Shown: one piece after another, positions 12,175 to 25,643 of the stretch
Layout of the letters: every line of letters begins with the position of its first letter
Numbering within the stretch: position 1 is the first letter of the stretch
From: Pelomyxa schiedti
Lineage: Eukaryota > Protista > Evosea
Length of the DNA: 47,715 nucleotides
Reading direction: 5' to 3'
Assembly (NCBI GenBank): GCA_020536535.1
Contig: JAHLWZ010000918.1
Span: forward strand, 1-47,715
The notes under the pieces: generated by a model
What the model was told of the DNA's origin: nothing
The model's input: the letters and a program-made list of their open reading frames with translations, nothing else
The model's database searches: none
Program-made: the position numbers and the translations under genes

Positions 12175-14492
12175 ATGCGGTGCGGAGGTGCGACATGGTT
12201 GTTGTTGGTGTCGCTGGCGGTGATGACCGTTGTCGTTGTGAACGTTGTTGCGCAAGACGACGACGATCTGGAGCCGAACGTGATTGAAGATGTTATTCCC
12301 GACGCAGAAGATCTCGACGACGATTTTGTGAGTGCCTCTCTGGCAATTGTTTTGGTTTTTTTGTTTTTTTTTTAATCTCGTGACATTTCCAAGGAAGAAG
12401 AGGAGACACCCTTTGTTACTCCAATTGCAGGAGGTTTGACAGAGGGAGTATATTTCTTTGATCACTTTTCCGACGAGACCTTTAAAAATTGGGTTATGCC
12501 CTCATCCTCTAAGTACACTGGTTGCTCTTCCCACCCTAAAAATACATATTCTTACTTGTGTTATTGTATCACAGGAGAGTGGGCTATAGAAGAAGCTGAA
12601 ATTGGCATTACCGGAGATGAAGGGCTCGTCGTCAAGTCTGTTGCCCGCCATCATGGGATTTCAGTGCCTTTATACAAGCCAGTGACTTTAGGTGACCTGA
12701 AGCAACCATTTATTGTTCAATACGAAGTCAAACTGCAACGGGCCCTTGATTGTGGGGGTGCGTATATCAAGCTCCTTAGCAGTCCGGAAGCCGGTAATCC
12801 CTTCCTAATGCCAGTATTTGGTTGCTGACGAAACTACAGGGAAACTTGACCTTACAGCTCTGAAAGATGACACACCCTACACTATTATGTTTGGTCCTGA
12901 TAAGTGTGGGACTGACTCCAAGGTGATTTTTAAAACGTACTGGATACCGAAGGGCTAACGGGAAAATAAAAACCAACAGGTGCACTTCATTTTCCGTCAC
13001 CAGTCACCAATGACTGGAGAATATTCAGAAAAGCACCTTACGAGCCGGCCAACAGTTCCTTCTGATGGATTTAGCCACCTCTACACTCTCAAGATATTCC
13101 CTGAAAACAAATTCGAGCTCTCCATTGATCAGGTTCGTTCAATCCTCCCCCACCCTTGTTTCTAAGTGATGTACAGCAAGTGAAGCGGAAGGGATCGTTG
13201 TTTGAGGAGTTCGAGCCGCCAGTCGTTCCCCCCTTGGAAATTGATGACCCAAGTGACATCAAACCAGCTGACTGGGTGGACACTGCTAAGTAATTGGAGC
13301 TATCACGACAAGACATCTAACCTGAAACCAGGATACCAGACCCCACAGATAGTAAACCTGATGACTGGGATGAGACCCAACCAAGTATATAAGCTTCCAC
13401 CACCGTGCCTTTTTCATTTTTCATGATAGGAACCATTCCTGATCCCAACGCGAAGAAGCCAATTGACTGGCTTGACAATGAACCGGGTACCGTTCTTATG
13501 TGCCTGTGTCCACCAAGTAGCCTAATCACGCAAATATAGAGTATGTACCTGATCCCGCCGCTGAGAAGCCCTCGGACTGGGATGACGACCTCGATGGGGA
13601 ATGGACAGCTGCTCTCATTCGTATGTCTAAATACTGCTTTGTGAAAAGACTTAACAATGTGGGCCTTTCCTTGCAGAAAACCCCAAGTGTCAGGAACTTG
13701 GTTGTGGTGAATGGGCACCCCCAATGATACCCAACCCTGATTACAAGGGCAAGTGGTCTCCCAAGATGATTGACAACCCTGACTACAAGGGACCATGGGC
13801 TCCACGAAAGATTCCAAACCCCAACTACTTCTATGATAGCACTCCACTCAAGTCCCTTGCACCTATTGTGCGTTTTTTGTTTGTCTAGCCTCCATCCTTC
13901 TAACGCTTCATCTCAGGAAGCCATCGCATTTGAGCTGTGGACCATGACTAGTGACATATACTTTGATAACCTTCTTATCACCACATCGCCTTCTATTGCC
14001 GATAAGATTGCCAGTGAGTGGTCCCGGAGATATGAAAAGGAGAAGAAGATCAAGCAATTGACTGACCCGGAACCGGAGGTCTTTTCTTAAGAATTTAACA
14101 ATAACCCGCTCACGCTTGCTAAATTAGGAACCAAACATTGTCTGGCGATACATAAACCATTACCTGCACGACTACATCGAGTTCCTTCAGCTTCTTGTGA
14201 AGGATTACCCCATATTTGTTGGGTTTACTGCGGCCCTTGGTTTCGTTCCTATATTGTATGCAAAACACCCTCTTGGCTATTATTCACAATGCATTTTAGT
14301 TGGTGCTGCTGCTGTGGGAAACGCGAGAGCAAACCAAAGGAGCACCACAAGAAGACCGACAAGCCCGAAGAAGACGACAGCAAGAAAACTACAACCACAA
14401 CCACAACCACAACATCTGCCGCCAAAACCTCTACTAAGAGCACAACAACCACACACCGCAAACAGCCCACCGCATCAGCCAGCAACGAGTAG
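12175..14492 (+). CDS. CANX: Calnexin (multi-exon)
   Basis: Signal peptide; [27 protein letters not shown], KPxDWD repeats, GxWxPPMIxNPDYKGxW repeats, FELWTM, TM followed by WCCCC and a cytosolic tail. Confidence 0.95.
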
Positions 14493-14816
14493 TTTCTCCC
14501 CCCTCCTGTATCACCTCCCACTGCCCAAAATCGACAGGCTGGGAGTACATACAAGAAGATTTTGAAGAAAGTACTTTCTTTTTATAGCTACAGTACCGAA
14601 ACAACCCCGCGGAAGAAAAATCCCCACGGCGTTTCATTGATCATTGTGTGGAGAATGGGGTAGAAGAAACTCTCTTTCCGCAAAAATACAATATAATCAA
14701 AACAGACTACGAAAACAAGCAGAAAAAATGCCACGAAGCAGTAGCAAGGTACAGCCAGAGAACGACGATGTTTCGGTGGCTCATCGCGAGCCAGTGTCAA
14801 CGCACCAGCCTCGATT

Positions 14817-17568
14817 ATGGGACTGGAACACAGCCAGGAGGTGTGTGATGAAGAGGCCAGCTCCATGGAGATGCGTCAATTTGTCAAAGGACACCGAGGC
14901 AACAACTCGGAAGGGGTTTGTTTCGGTTGCTCCTTTACTGTCCCTTTTTCAGTAGTTCTTGTTCTTGTCTCGGTGAGGCCCTTGCCCCTTCCCCCTCCCT
15001 TTTTGTCATTCCGCTAACTGGGTGGGGTGTTGGGGCGTTTAGGTTTTACTGGTCGTCACACCGTGTAGTATTGTGTGGGCGATATCGTACCAGAAGTCCG
15101 GTTCAAGCATCGACGCAATATCTGAAAATCTCGTCGCGTCACTGTCCAAGAACGTGCACGACATCGTCGACGGAATTGTCAATGAAGTTGACACAGCTCT
15201 CGCATCTGAGGTATCGATCATAGTCCTATTCGCTCCCTTCTATAATAAATTTTGGTTTTAAATGCATTCTCTCAAGGTGGAGTGGCTTCGATACAGAAAT
15301 ATTGACATGAATTCGTATTCGTTGTGGCCCAGTATTCTGAGGCCTAGATATGTTCACTTTGCTATTACCTCACCGTACTATTCTTTTCTTTTTCTTCGGC
15401 TTTTTCACTTACTCCAATAGGCTTGGCTCTATTTTCTTGTTATCCCCAAATCTCACAATGATATGTTCTAACTACCATGGCTCTGTCACTGCTGTGTGTA
15501 TCTTGGCATAATAAGTGTATCTTGACACTAAACCAAAGGCCAACTGCGCCCGAAAGACGAATGCAACTGATGGTCTCAACTTTTATCTTGTGGATGCTGT
15601 AACCAATGAGGAAGGAACCAAGATTTTTTCTTCTGCAACCTATCTCCCCTATGCGAGGGTAGTCAATGACGGCGTCTACCAGGACATGTTGATGGGGGTT
15701 CCAAACTGGGGAAAGGTTTGATTTCCCTTTTTCTTGAGGCCACTCACGTACATTGCTCCTTTTCTCCAGGTAGTCACTGTTCAAACTCCTACAGTGTCCA
15801 TGTCGTCATATCACCCTTGTATGTGGCCTTTTCTTTTTATCCTTTATTCGATAATTCACACTTCATAGATATGAGTCCAAGTGGGCAGCTATTGGGCATT
15901 ATTCAGGGTGCAAAACGAGTCACAGGGTTGTCAGATGATCTTCGAGAGGTTAGCTACGTGGGATTTATATTGATAATCCAGTGCAAAAACATAAAAGATT
16001 GCAGCAGGGAAGAACGTTATTTATGTGACAACGGAAGAGGGATTCCTTCTCGGAGCCTCCAACGGGACCGTCCTGGGCGTTGATCCTACAAGTAACTTGT
16101 TTTCCCCGGAATCTTGAATTAAACGACACATCACAGCACTTTCAAATGTCCCTTTACTTGCAAATAACAGCGATAACCCTGTTGTCGCTGCTATAGCTAA
16201 CAAGATTGCCGCCCTAGGCGGCTGCGCAAGTGTCTCAGAATTAACACAGTTTCGTGTGTGCTTGAATGAGAGCACCTACACTGTAGCTACTGCCCGTATG
16301 CACTTCATCAATCCAATTGCCGGAGGTACACTAACTTTTTCCGGCAGATATTCAGGCAGGGCAGCGTCTATGGTGTGGTTTTGCAGCCATCCCAAGCTCG
16401 GAAATGATGAAAACAATTGAGGACGGTAAGACAGTCAGCATCATTGTGTTTGTATGCAGTGTGGTTGTAAGTCTCGTCATGGCCGTGTTTCTGTCAGTGC
16501 TTCTCGTTCTCCCTTTGAGAAAGCTTGCCAGAGGTTACGTGGAAGAGTTTTTTTTCACGGCTCATAGTATATCAGATATGCAGAACCTGTCGAAACTGAG
16601 GTTCAAGCCACTTGGAAAAACTGTAAGTTTCTTTACTGAACTGCGTTCCATGCTCCGCGATTATATGGCCATGAAGCAAGGAATCCACGCTTTTAGTAGG
16701 TGTGTTGGAATTGATCAACAGTTTTTCCGGAAATGCTCATTGAGCTGTGTAGGTACGTGTCTGCAGGCGTGGTCCGGCAGCTCCTTGAAGGAGACAACAA
16801 AATGTCCGGCCTGCATCTGCGGAGGCATACTGTCACTGTTTGTGATTTCCACAAGTTTTTTCTCACTAACCTAATCAAGGTGGTTTTCATGGATGTAGTT
16901 GGGTTCACAGGTCTGTGTGAGGTGCGCACCACCATTGTAATATATCACAATGACTGATTAACTATAGAAACTCACACCCAGTACTTTGGTTACTCTACTG
17001 AGTCTGTTCATGCAACGGATGTGTCAAGTCCTTATTTCTGAAGGCGCAACAGTCGATAAGTTCATTGGGGTGTGTTTCCTACTCTGCTGTCGATCGCCGG
17101 CATCAACAAAAACACAGGATTGCATCATGTCATTCTGGAACCACCCCCAGGCGTGCGAGGATCACACTTTCAGGGCGGTAAGCGCAGTTCTCCGCTGTTA
17201 CAAGGAATTGGAGGAGCTCAACAAAGAAAATATAGCCAAGGGACTCCCGGAAATACAGTTCCGGGCTGGAATAAACACAGGAGCTGTATTAGTTGGGAAC
17301 TTTGGATCACCAGAGAGATTTAATTATACAGTACTGGGTGACACTGTCAATGTTGCTGGTATTCATTTCCTCCCTGCTCATTTCCAGCATTCACAAACAA
17401 AAACCAGCACGGCTGGAACAGCTCAACAAGGAATTTGGTACCAAAATGCTGATTTCAGAAAGTGTGTACAACGACGTAGTTGGCCGGTTCAACATGAATC
17501 CCAAGGGTGATATCAGTATTCGTGGGAGGGAAGCAAAAGTTGAGGTTTATGAAGTAGTTGTCTCCTGA
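14817..17568 (+). CDS. Receptor-type class III adenylate cyclase (TM, extracellular domain, TM, HAMP-like linker, cyclase); start 14817 or upstream 14728
   Basis: VVFMDVVGFT, VDKFIG|DCIMSFW, FRAGINTGAVLVGNFGSPERFNYTVLGDTVNVA|ARLEQLNKEFGT; Lys/Thr specificity residues suggest ATP as substrate. Confidence 0.9.
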
Positions 17569-17751
17569 AAAGGAGACTGTCACATAACGAGATTGAAGAT
17601 ATGTACAAACTTTCGTAATAGAAAAAAAATTGACCCGGCTTTGTAAAAATTTGTACTTGTTATTAGACTTTTGGACGATGAATTGAAAACTAATAAAAAT
17701 CGGCTGTTGTTGTTGGCTGCTTATTGACTTCCTGTTGGTTGTTTTTAATGA

Positions 17752-20700
17752 TTATGACTTTGAGCGACCGCGGGGCTTGCGTGATGAATCCTCTTCTTCA
17801 TCGTCGTCCCGGTCTTGCCAAAGTCCAGCCTGAATGTATGTTAGTGTATTGAATCCAAGAGGTGAGAAATGGGGTGACTGTACCCGGGCTTCTCGGGCGG
17901 CGTCTTGTGCCTCTAGCATTTTTCTGGCAAGAAGGCTGGTTTTATCATGTCCGCTTTCGGCGTGGCATAATCCGGCTTTCACTAGCTCAGCGTTGACATT
18001 GAGAGTGTTGGCTGTCAAAGTGATGTGCATGACTGGCCCGCGTTTGTGTTCCACTGTTGCCTTCATTGTTTTGCCCTGTTGGTGGGAGTGAGCGGAACGT
18101 TGAGGGGGAAATTTAAGATATACCTTTACAAGGTTTGTGAATTTAGTAATTGCTTGATTGTAAAATGGAGATGTTGTTGGAGCGGAAGCGCATCCAGCTA
18201 GTGCACAGTGTATTGCTTGGGCGGGGAATTTGGTGTGTTCCTCGGGTAAGGGTTGCATGTGTGCCCATTGGACCTCTTCAGTCTGTGTGGTTATGGTCAA
18301 CCTCAGGAAAAAAAAAAAGGGATTGCACACATTTCCGTAGTCAATAAAGATTACATGGGCCGATTTTGTTTCTTCTACAACATGTAGAACCTGGGCACGA
18401 TACCAGCAGTTGTCAGCAGCGTACATCGCTCCGACGTACTGATTTTGTGACGGAGTGAATTCTGTGGTTGATGGTGGAAGAGAAGACAAAGCTGTTCTGA
18501 TATCCGATAAGGTATTGGCCGAATCTGAGTTTGAGGTCAGAGTGTGGCTGGACAAACTCTTAGTTACCTGCAGTTGCTATTTGGACATAAAAGTCGTTTA
18601 AGCTGCGTATTTCGGATACAACAACTTCCACGACTTGCTTATTGCTTTCCTCGCTCTCATAAGCCTCCCACAGCTAGGTGTGTTTTAACCAAATAACGAA
18701 AACGCAGGAAATACATACATTTTTTCTTGCCGATTTTGCTTTGGCTTCTGCCGAAGCCAAAGTATGGAATTGAGGAGATCTAGACGCACCTTCAGACACA
18801 GTAACTAACCCTTCTGCAGCCAGCAAAACGGCAAGGTTTTGCTTCGGTTTCAGTTAGTAGGTTTTTGGACTGGGGTGGTGCACACGTTTCCGTTAAGGAT
18901 TGTAAGGTTTCCTAAGAAGTTTCCACCCTTATCTAATCCTTCAACTTCAATTTTTACCTGTAAAGATGTTAAAATGAATTGGGTATTTTAGAGCGATACT
19001 TCTTGAAGATGACATAGAGATTTGGTAAAGGCAAGTCCCCTGTCAGAGTACATTTTTTTACTGGTGTCGTCCTTGGCCGGAGCACGAACGGCTAAGGGTT
19101 TATTAAAAAGGACAATATTTCAAATGATTGAAACCAGAGAGGCAGAATGCTATCATGCAAGACTGTGAAGGAATAAAAAGTTTCAAACGTGTTGCACTGA
19201 AAGTGTACTCAACAATAGCACGATGTACACCTTCTCCGCGCTCCAGGAATGGCAAGAAACGTTTTGATTGTGCTTGTGATTGATTCTGTGGGTGGGTTGT
19301 CAGTATATCAAACCCTTGGATGAAAAAAGGAAGCCAGAAGATACTTGGGTGAGATCGTTAAGTTGGATGAGTTTTATAGCTTTAGGATTCCACCACCCGG
19401 CAAGAGCTTTTTCTGCCCGCTTCTCAGCCATGCAAAGCATGCTATATTGTTGGGAGCATGATTCCTCTGATCGGTGGTTGACAGTTTTGGCGTAACCCAT
19501 CGAAAGAAGAGTCTCGGCGATGTTCCTTTTTGGGTTGTTTTAGAAACTTCTATCTGGGAAGTTAGCACATACTCGTGCTCAAGCAACACAGTGTAGTAAC
19601 CACGTGGTCCCATATTTCTCTGTGGAGTATCGACTGTGGGAGTTCGCTCATAGTCAAGTTTACAAACAACCTAACTGGTGATGAGGACACGTTAATGTCG
19701 AAAAAGAGCGGACTTTTTTGCCAAAAATTTTTTTTCGTAAAAATTCTCTAGCTTCCAAGGCAAGAGAGGTTTCTGCCTAACAACAAAATTGGTATTTATA
19801 CAACAAACTGAGCAAAGAACGAACCTTTTTGGTAGCCAGGGCTTCAGGATCAAGTGCTTCGGGAGTTGCTGCTGCGACTGTTGCAAAGATATCTTCTCGG
19901 CTCATTCTTTGGAAATTAGATACAAAAAGCTGGAAGGAGGCTACCGTGGTACTGTAACACTTGACAGTGAGACCTTTAGTTCATCGCCAGCTGCGGTTTG
20001 AACGGTAAATAGACCGGGGGTGGTTATGTCAACAACCTGACGAAAATTAGACAAAAAAAGGAAAAAAAAAGTAAGTCTTACGAGTCCTTCAACAGTGGTA
20101 TCAGGTCTCTCTGCGACACCCTCCGCGCTTGTGGCGGGTGTGGTGGCTGTGGACCAGATTCCTAGCTTGGAGGTTTTCGCTTTTCTGAACGTTGCTCTAA
20201 TTAGTACAAATACAAGGAACAACAAAACCAAACCCTTGTAAAGCCTGGAGTTGAGTACAGTAAGCAGCCATTGTTGGGTCATGAGTTGGAGCGGACCATT
20301 GGGCGTAGGAGCCAAAGCCAGTGGAAACTAACTCGGAGCCTACATCTCGGCCACTGCATTGGACGGTGGCCACAATGTCATTGTTCTTGTCGACACCTTT
20401 GTGGAAGTTAGAGTCTTCATGAAAACTTGGACAGGCTAACTGTGTAATGTGAGTACTACATCTCTGTGTAATAAATGTTGCTCCACGAAAGCACGAGCTT
20501 CCTTGCCAAATGGATCTGCTTCCAGAGTTCTGGTTTTTTCAACCCACCTCACTGCTGGACAGGCTACACCAGCCAGTATAACGGTCAACAGCCTGAAGGA
20601 GGGAAGAGCAGTAACTCTTAGAACGGAACCCGTGCGGGCTTGTTCAACAATTCCGCGCATGGGTGCATGTCTGTTCTCTTCAAAGAAAGTGAGAGAATCG

Positions 20701-21695
20701 AAACTGTCATAGATTGGTCGAACTGCCAGTTTGGCTGCTGCCTAAAGTCAATTAGGGAAGGAACAGCAGAACACCGGTGCCCATACAGGGTTATGCATCC
20801 CCCTCTTAGCGGCCTTGGCTTCCTCTTCGGCAGCTTGCAGCTCGGTGGATTCTCTATGAAGCATTTGTATACTGGGTGGAATAAGACCGGAACATATTAC
20901 CTGGAACGAGCATGGGCTAACCCCGCACGAACGATGGCTACAGCAAGGTTTTCTCCTTGATGAACAACCGACACAAATTCTCTTCCCTGTGTGCACTAAG
21001 AAGCATAACAGAGGTGCACTTCACTTACTTGAGGCACAACATATTCGACAGTACAGAAAATTGTTTGACCAATAATCTTTTTCCTTAAAAATTCCCTGCT
21101 GTCCCAAGCAAAAGGCTAATTGGTTGTTACAAAACCGAAGAGAGGGCATGAACACACCTCGTCTGGGACAGGTTGTGCAGTGGCACTTGCAACTACTTTT
21201 CCCAATCTGGGAGCTTGAACACCAGACAATGACACTGTTTTCTCGACAGGCACTCTTGTTGGATCATTCTTGTAAACAGCCATGATGACAAAAGAGTCAC
21301 CTGAAAGACCAAGTCAGCTCAGAAGAAAACATACTTCAAGGTTTTACCAGACAAAACTGCCCTCACAACACCCTTTACAGACTCTTTCACACGTTGAACA
21401 AACGTGAGCGGTGGCTGAGCCTGTTGTTGGATAGCAAGCAATTGTTGCTGTTGAAGTTGTTGCTGCTGCTGTGGTGATAGCTGAGAAGTGGCACTCGAAG
21501 TAGTTGGTGCACCAACTGCGGGAGTGGATGCTGTGGGAGTGGGTGTTGGAGACGGCGATTTTTGGTTTTTACTGCCTGAACAACCAATGAGCAAAACAAT
21601 GCAATTTTATACAGCACAATAAATAGGGGGAAAAAAAAATGAAAAAATAGGGGAAAAAAAATCCCCCCAGCAGTACGTGGATTTCTTGATGCCAT
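17752..21695 (-). CDS. SND1: Tudor staphylococcal nuclease (Tudor-SN/p100) (multi-exon)
   Basis: GVVRAVLS|GDSF..LSGVQAPRL..DE|PFAWDSREFLRKK, repeated SN domains, Tudor WYRAQV..VIFIDYGN|TEEV, C-terminal SN5. Confidence 0.93.
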
Positions 21696-22081
21696 TTTGA
21701 AGTCAAATGATGCACAAAAACAGTATTGTCGTGTGTCTTGTATTTTGGTTGCGCGTCGCTTAGCGGACTGATGTCGTTGCTTCGGAAAAAATAAAAAATA
21801 TGAAGAAGAAAATAATAAAAGCTGACGCAGGGCCGCACAGTTGACTTTCCTTTTTTTCTTTTCGTTGTCTTCTCCTTCCACCCTGAGATCTTCATCTCTG
21901 CCAAGTCACTCCCAAGCCGTCACCTTCCCCGACACGAAGTTCCCTCAGCTCTAACTGAGGTACCAACTACTCCTTTCACCACAACAGTCACCAACCCCAT
22001 CACGGAATCAAGATCCGGCACCTTCGTTGAATTCCACGAACTTTCCGACTACTTTTCTTTACCAAGAACAAGCACACAAGC

Positions 22082-25000
22082 ATGCACCAAGAACAGCAGA
22101 CGACCACCAACAACAACACCTCGCCTATTCTTACCCTATTTGCACCCACACCTCAACATCAACATCAACAACAACAGACACAGAGCCTGGGGCCAACACC
22201 ACACTGTGAGACACGGTGTGACTTCCCTGTTTTAGGCACCGAGGTCACTGTCCCAATATCCCCACCCACTGACAAGGGCGGCAGCTTCCCCACCCCCACT
22301 AACTCCCTGAACCGACTTGTGGGACAGAACCAGCAACGCCCCGCAGCCGACGACGCCGAGGAGGATGCCGACGACGGAGGCGGGGGGGCCGATGACGACG
22401 ACGACGACGACGACGAAGGATACTCGTCGTCGTCATTGTCGTCGGTGGTCGTAGTCAGCACGGACGAGGACGAGTGGGCAGCGGCGGGCGCCGAGTCGCC
22501 AAAGTCACGAGTAAGGGCGCCGCCGAAGGTCGCGGGTTCGATTCCGGGAGGACCCATTCTGTCCGGCGCAGCCGCCATTACCAATACTGCTGCTGGTATT
22601 ACTACCACCACTCTGAATGCAGCTTCCGAGGCTGCTTCTGCTTCTGTGACTGTGTATAGGAGCTTTGATAAGGCTTTTGGGGATGAGCCTCCTCCGGGCT
22701 ACAATGAACACTCTCCGCTGTTGCAGTACGCTACTGTGCACCCTACGTTTGTGTCCAGACGAATGATTGATGACGATGCCCCCGAGCGCTGCTTGTCTCC
22801 GGATGGATCGGGATTCATTAGGAGCGACAAGGTGCCTCCGCTGTCGGCATCTTCGAACTTGATTGACTTGATATCGGCCAGCAACCGCAGGGCAAAGAGA
22901 TACGGCTGTTGGTTCATTGTGGAGACTTTCCTATCGGTAACACCGTCTGTAATTGTTGGCTTTATGTTGGCTGCTCTGTTAGTAATGCTTTGGGGATTTG
23001 ATGAGACTTGGAGGGCACTTAATTGGCAAGGGTGGGCTACTCTTATTGTAACCATTGGGTTGGTATTGGTTCTCCTGAGGGATGTCACTCACCCAGCTGT
23101 GGTGGTAATGGCGGCCAACTTGGCCCTGGTTCGTATTTATTCTGAATTACGTAGTTGATAATAATAATTTTCTTAGGTTTCCTTGGGAGTCATCTCTATG
23201 GATGATGTTTGTGAGGGATTTGGAAATACCGGTGTTGTAACTATAGCGATAATGTTAATTGTAAGTGAAGGCATTAAGTATGTTGGATGCAAACACAAAG
23301 GCGTACCTCATTCTTTCCCATAGGGAGACAAAAGCCTTGGACCTTGTGGGTCGGTACATCCTCCCGAAGGGAAAGCAGGTAGCCCTTCCTTCTAGTCATG
23401 ATTGAGTATTCACAAGAGCAGGCTCGCTACCTATGGTGGGCCCAAATACGCTTACTATTTCCAGTACAATGTCTATCTGCGTTCCTTAACAATACTCCCT
23501 GCGTTTCCATGAATATTCCCGTTGTAATGAACTATTGTAAGACTACAGGAAGGAGGTAAAAGCAAATAACTCACATCCAATCCTGACAAAGTTTCAGCCC
23601 TTCCAAGATGTTGATGCCACTTAGCTTTGCCGTCATTGTTGGGGGGCTGATAACTCTTGTAGGTACCAGTACCAATATGATGGTGGTTGGTATGCTCGCA
23701 GTTGTGGCTCCAGATGTTAAATTGGGAATGTTCGAAATCGGTGGGTTTTCTTTCTCTCATACCTTTTCTCAATATTTGGCAGGATATATAGGAATTCCTC
23801 TTTCAATAATCACAGTACTATACACGATATTGGCATCTGGGTAATACCCAATGTTCCCATCTGCTCACTAAGGCTTCTTAAGGCTTCTACCTGACAAAGA
23901 AAGTCTCTCAGCTTTCTTCGAACAAAATCAGCATGACTATACAGTGACTGTTGTTGTACAAAAGGAATCTGTAGTTGTTGGAAATACTATTGGCGGAGCC
24001 GGATTGCGCAGTCTTTCCGGTCTCTTTTTATTTGCAATAGAACGAAATTCTGAAGTATATCCTTCCTGCTTCTCTTCAAAATTATCTTACCTTCCTTAGT
24101 TTTTATCAGAAGTAAATCCCGACACAGTAATTCTTCCCCAAGATGTACTCTATTTTACCGGTGCTGTGAAGTCTGTAAAGGAGTTGCTCGCCATAGATGG
24201 GCTCCAACCTGGTGAACACACAAAAATAGCTGGTGTGCAAGACAAGACTCTTAGATTGATGGAGGTAGTACTTTCTCCCTTTTCAAATTTACTTGGCAAG
24301 ACAATCAAAGAGTCGCAATTCAGGCAAGCAGAATAAAAAAAAACCCAGAGAGAATTTAACGAATACAATAGGACTAAGTACAAGGCATCAGTAGTAGCTG
24401 TTTCAAGGCATGGAGAACCGATCAAAGGAAAGTTGGGAAACCTTAGATTGGAGCAAGGTTCCCACTCTGTTCTCATTCCGCCAATAACCGTGTTAGGCGA
24501 TTTGCTTCTTGTCCTAGCACCACCAAATTTTATTCGTGATTATTCCAGTCATTTTCTATTGATTGCAGAAATGTCTGGCTCCGGACTTTTCACATACATC
24601 CGGTGTGTTTGATTCCATCAGCAACACTATTTGTAAACTCCTCTAGGTGGCAAGTTGCCCTGTCGTTAGTCTGTCTTCTTGTTCCTGTATGCATTTCGGC
24701 AGTCACCAAAGTTCCACTTGCTACTGCTGGAATGTTTGGAATATTCATCTTGGTAATAAGCGGTTTACTCACGGTTCAGCAGTGCCTCAAAGCAATAGAA
24801 GTATTTTGGCCAGAACGACCCTAAAACTAACCCCACAAATAACAAGGGCCTTGTCCTTATAACTGTAGCTGGGTCCTTTGCCCTATCGATTGCCATTACC
24901 AGTTCTGGTGCTGCAGTTACAATTGCTAGTTCTATTGTAAAATTAGTTGGCCACTGGGTATCCTTTTAGACCTACCATCATTCTTCCTAAGTAAAAATCA

Positions 25001-25534
25001 CAACAGGGTAATTTCGGCCTTTTGCTTGGAATTTATTTGCCAACTGTTGCCCTTACAAATATAATGAGTAATGCTGCTGTCGTGGCTTTAATGTTTCCGA
25101 TTGTGTATGCCTAAACCCCCCTTTCTTATATGAATACCAAAGTAGCAAATTCCCAACAAATAGTAGAGGAAAATATTTTATTTTCGTTTCAACAGTTACA
25201 ATTGGCTTATAACAACCAGGTGGTCGCTTGTAAGCAGTACAGGGCTGTCTGTGAAGGCAGCCATGTATGTGCTCATGGTGTCAGCATCATCTTGCTTCAT
25301 TCTGCCAATAGGATATCAGACAAACCTAATGGTTATGGGCCCTGGTTCCTACAAGTACAAAACTCAACTACTAATAGTATAACTATGTAAATATTGATAT
25401 GAATGTAGTCGCTATTGTATGATTGTTGTAACAATACTTGTACTAGAATGGTGGACTTTATCAAGTTTGGCACTCCTCTGACACTATTGCTTGGGATTGC
25501 AACCCTTGTGATACCTTGGGCTATGTGGTGTTGA
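22082..25534 (+). CDS. SLC13/DASS-family permease with TrkA-C domains (Na+/sulfate or carboxylate symporter-like) with a long low-complexity N-terminus
   Basis: LSAFLNNTP, PSKMLMPLSFAVIVGGLITLVGTSTN, VGNTIGGAGLRSLSGLFLFAIER, FRTKYKASVVAVSRHG, TNIMSNAA, LPIGYQTNLMVMGPG, DFIKFG; includes GC-AG intron 24324-24371. Confidence 0.9.
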
Positions 25535-25643
25535 ATGTGTTTGATGGATTTGTAAATTAACAAACAGTTTTTGAGGTTTTTACTATTGAAATCTCATTCA
25601 TTTTAGTCTCTATGAAAACAAACAACCCCACAAACCAGTTGTG

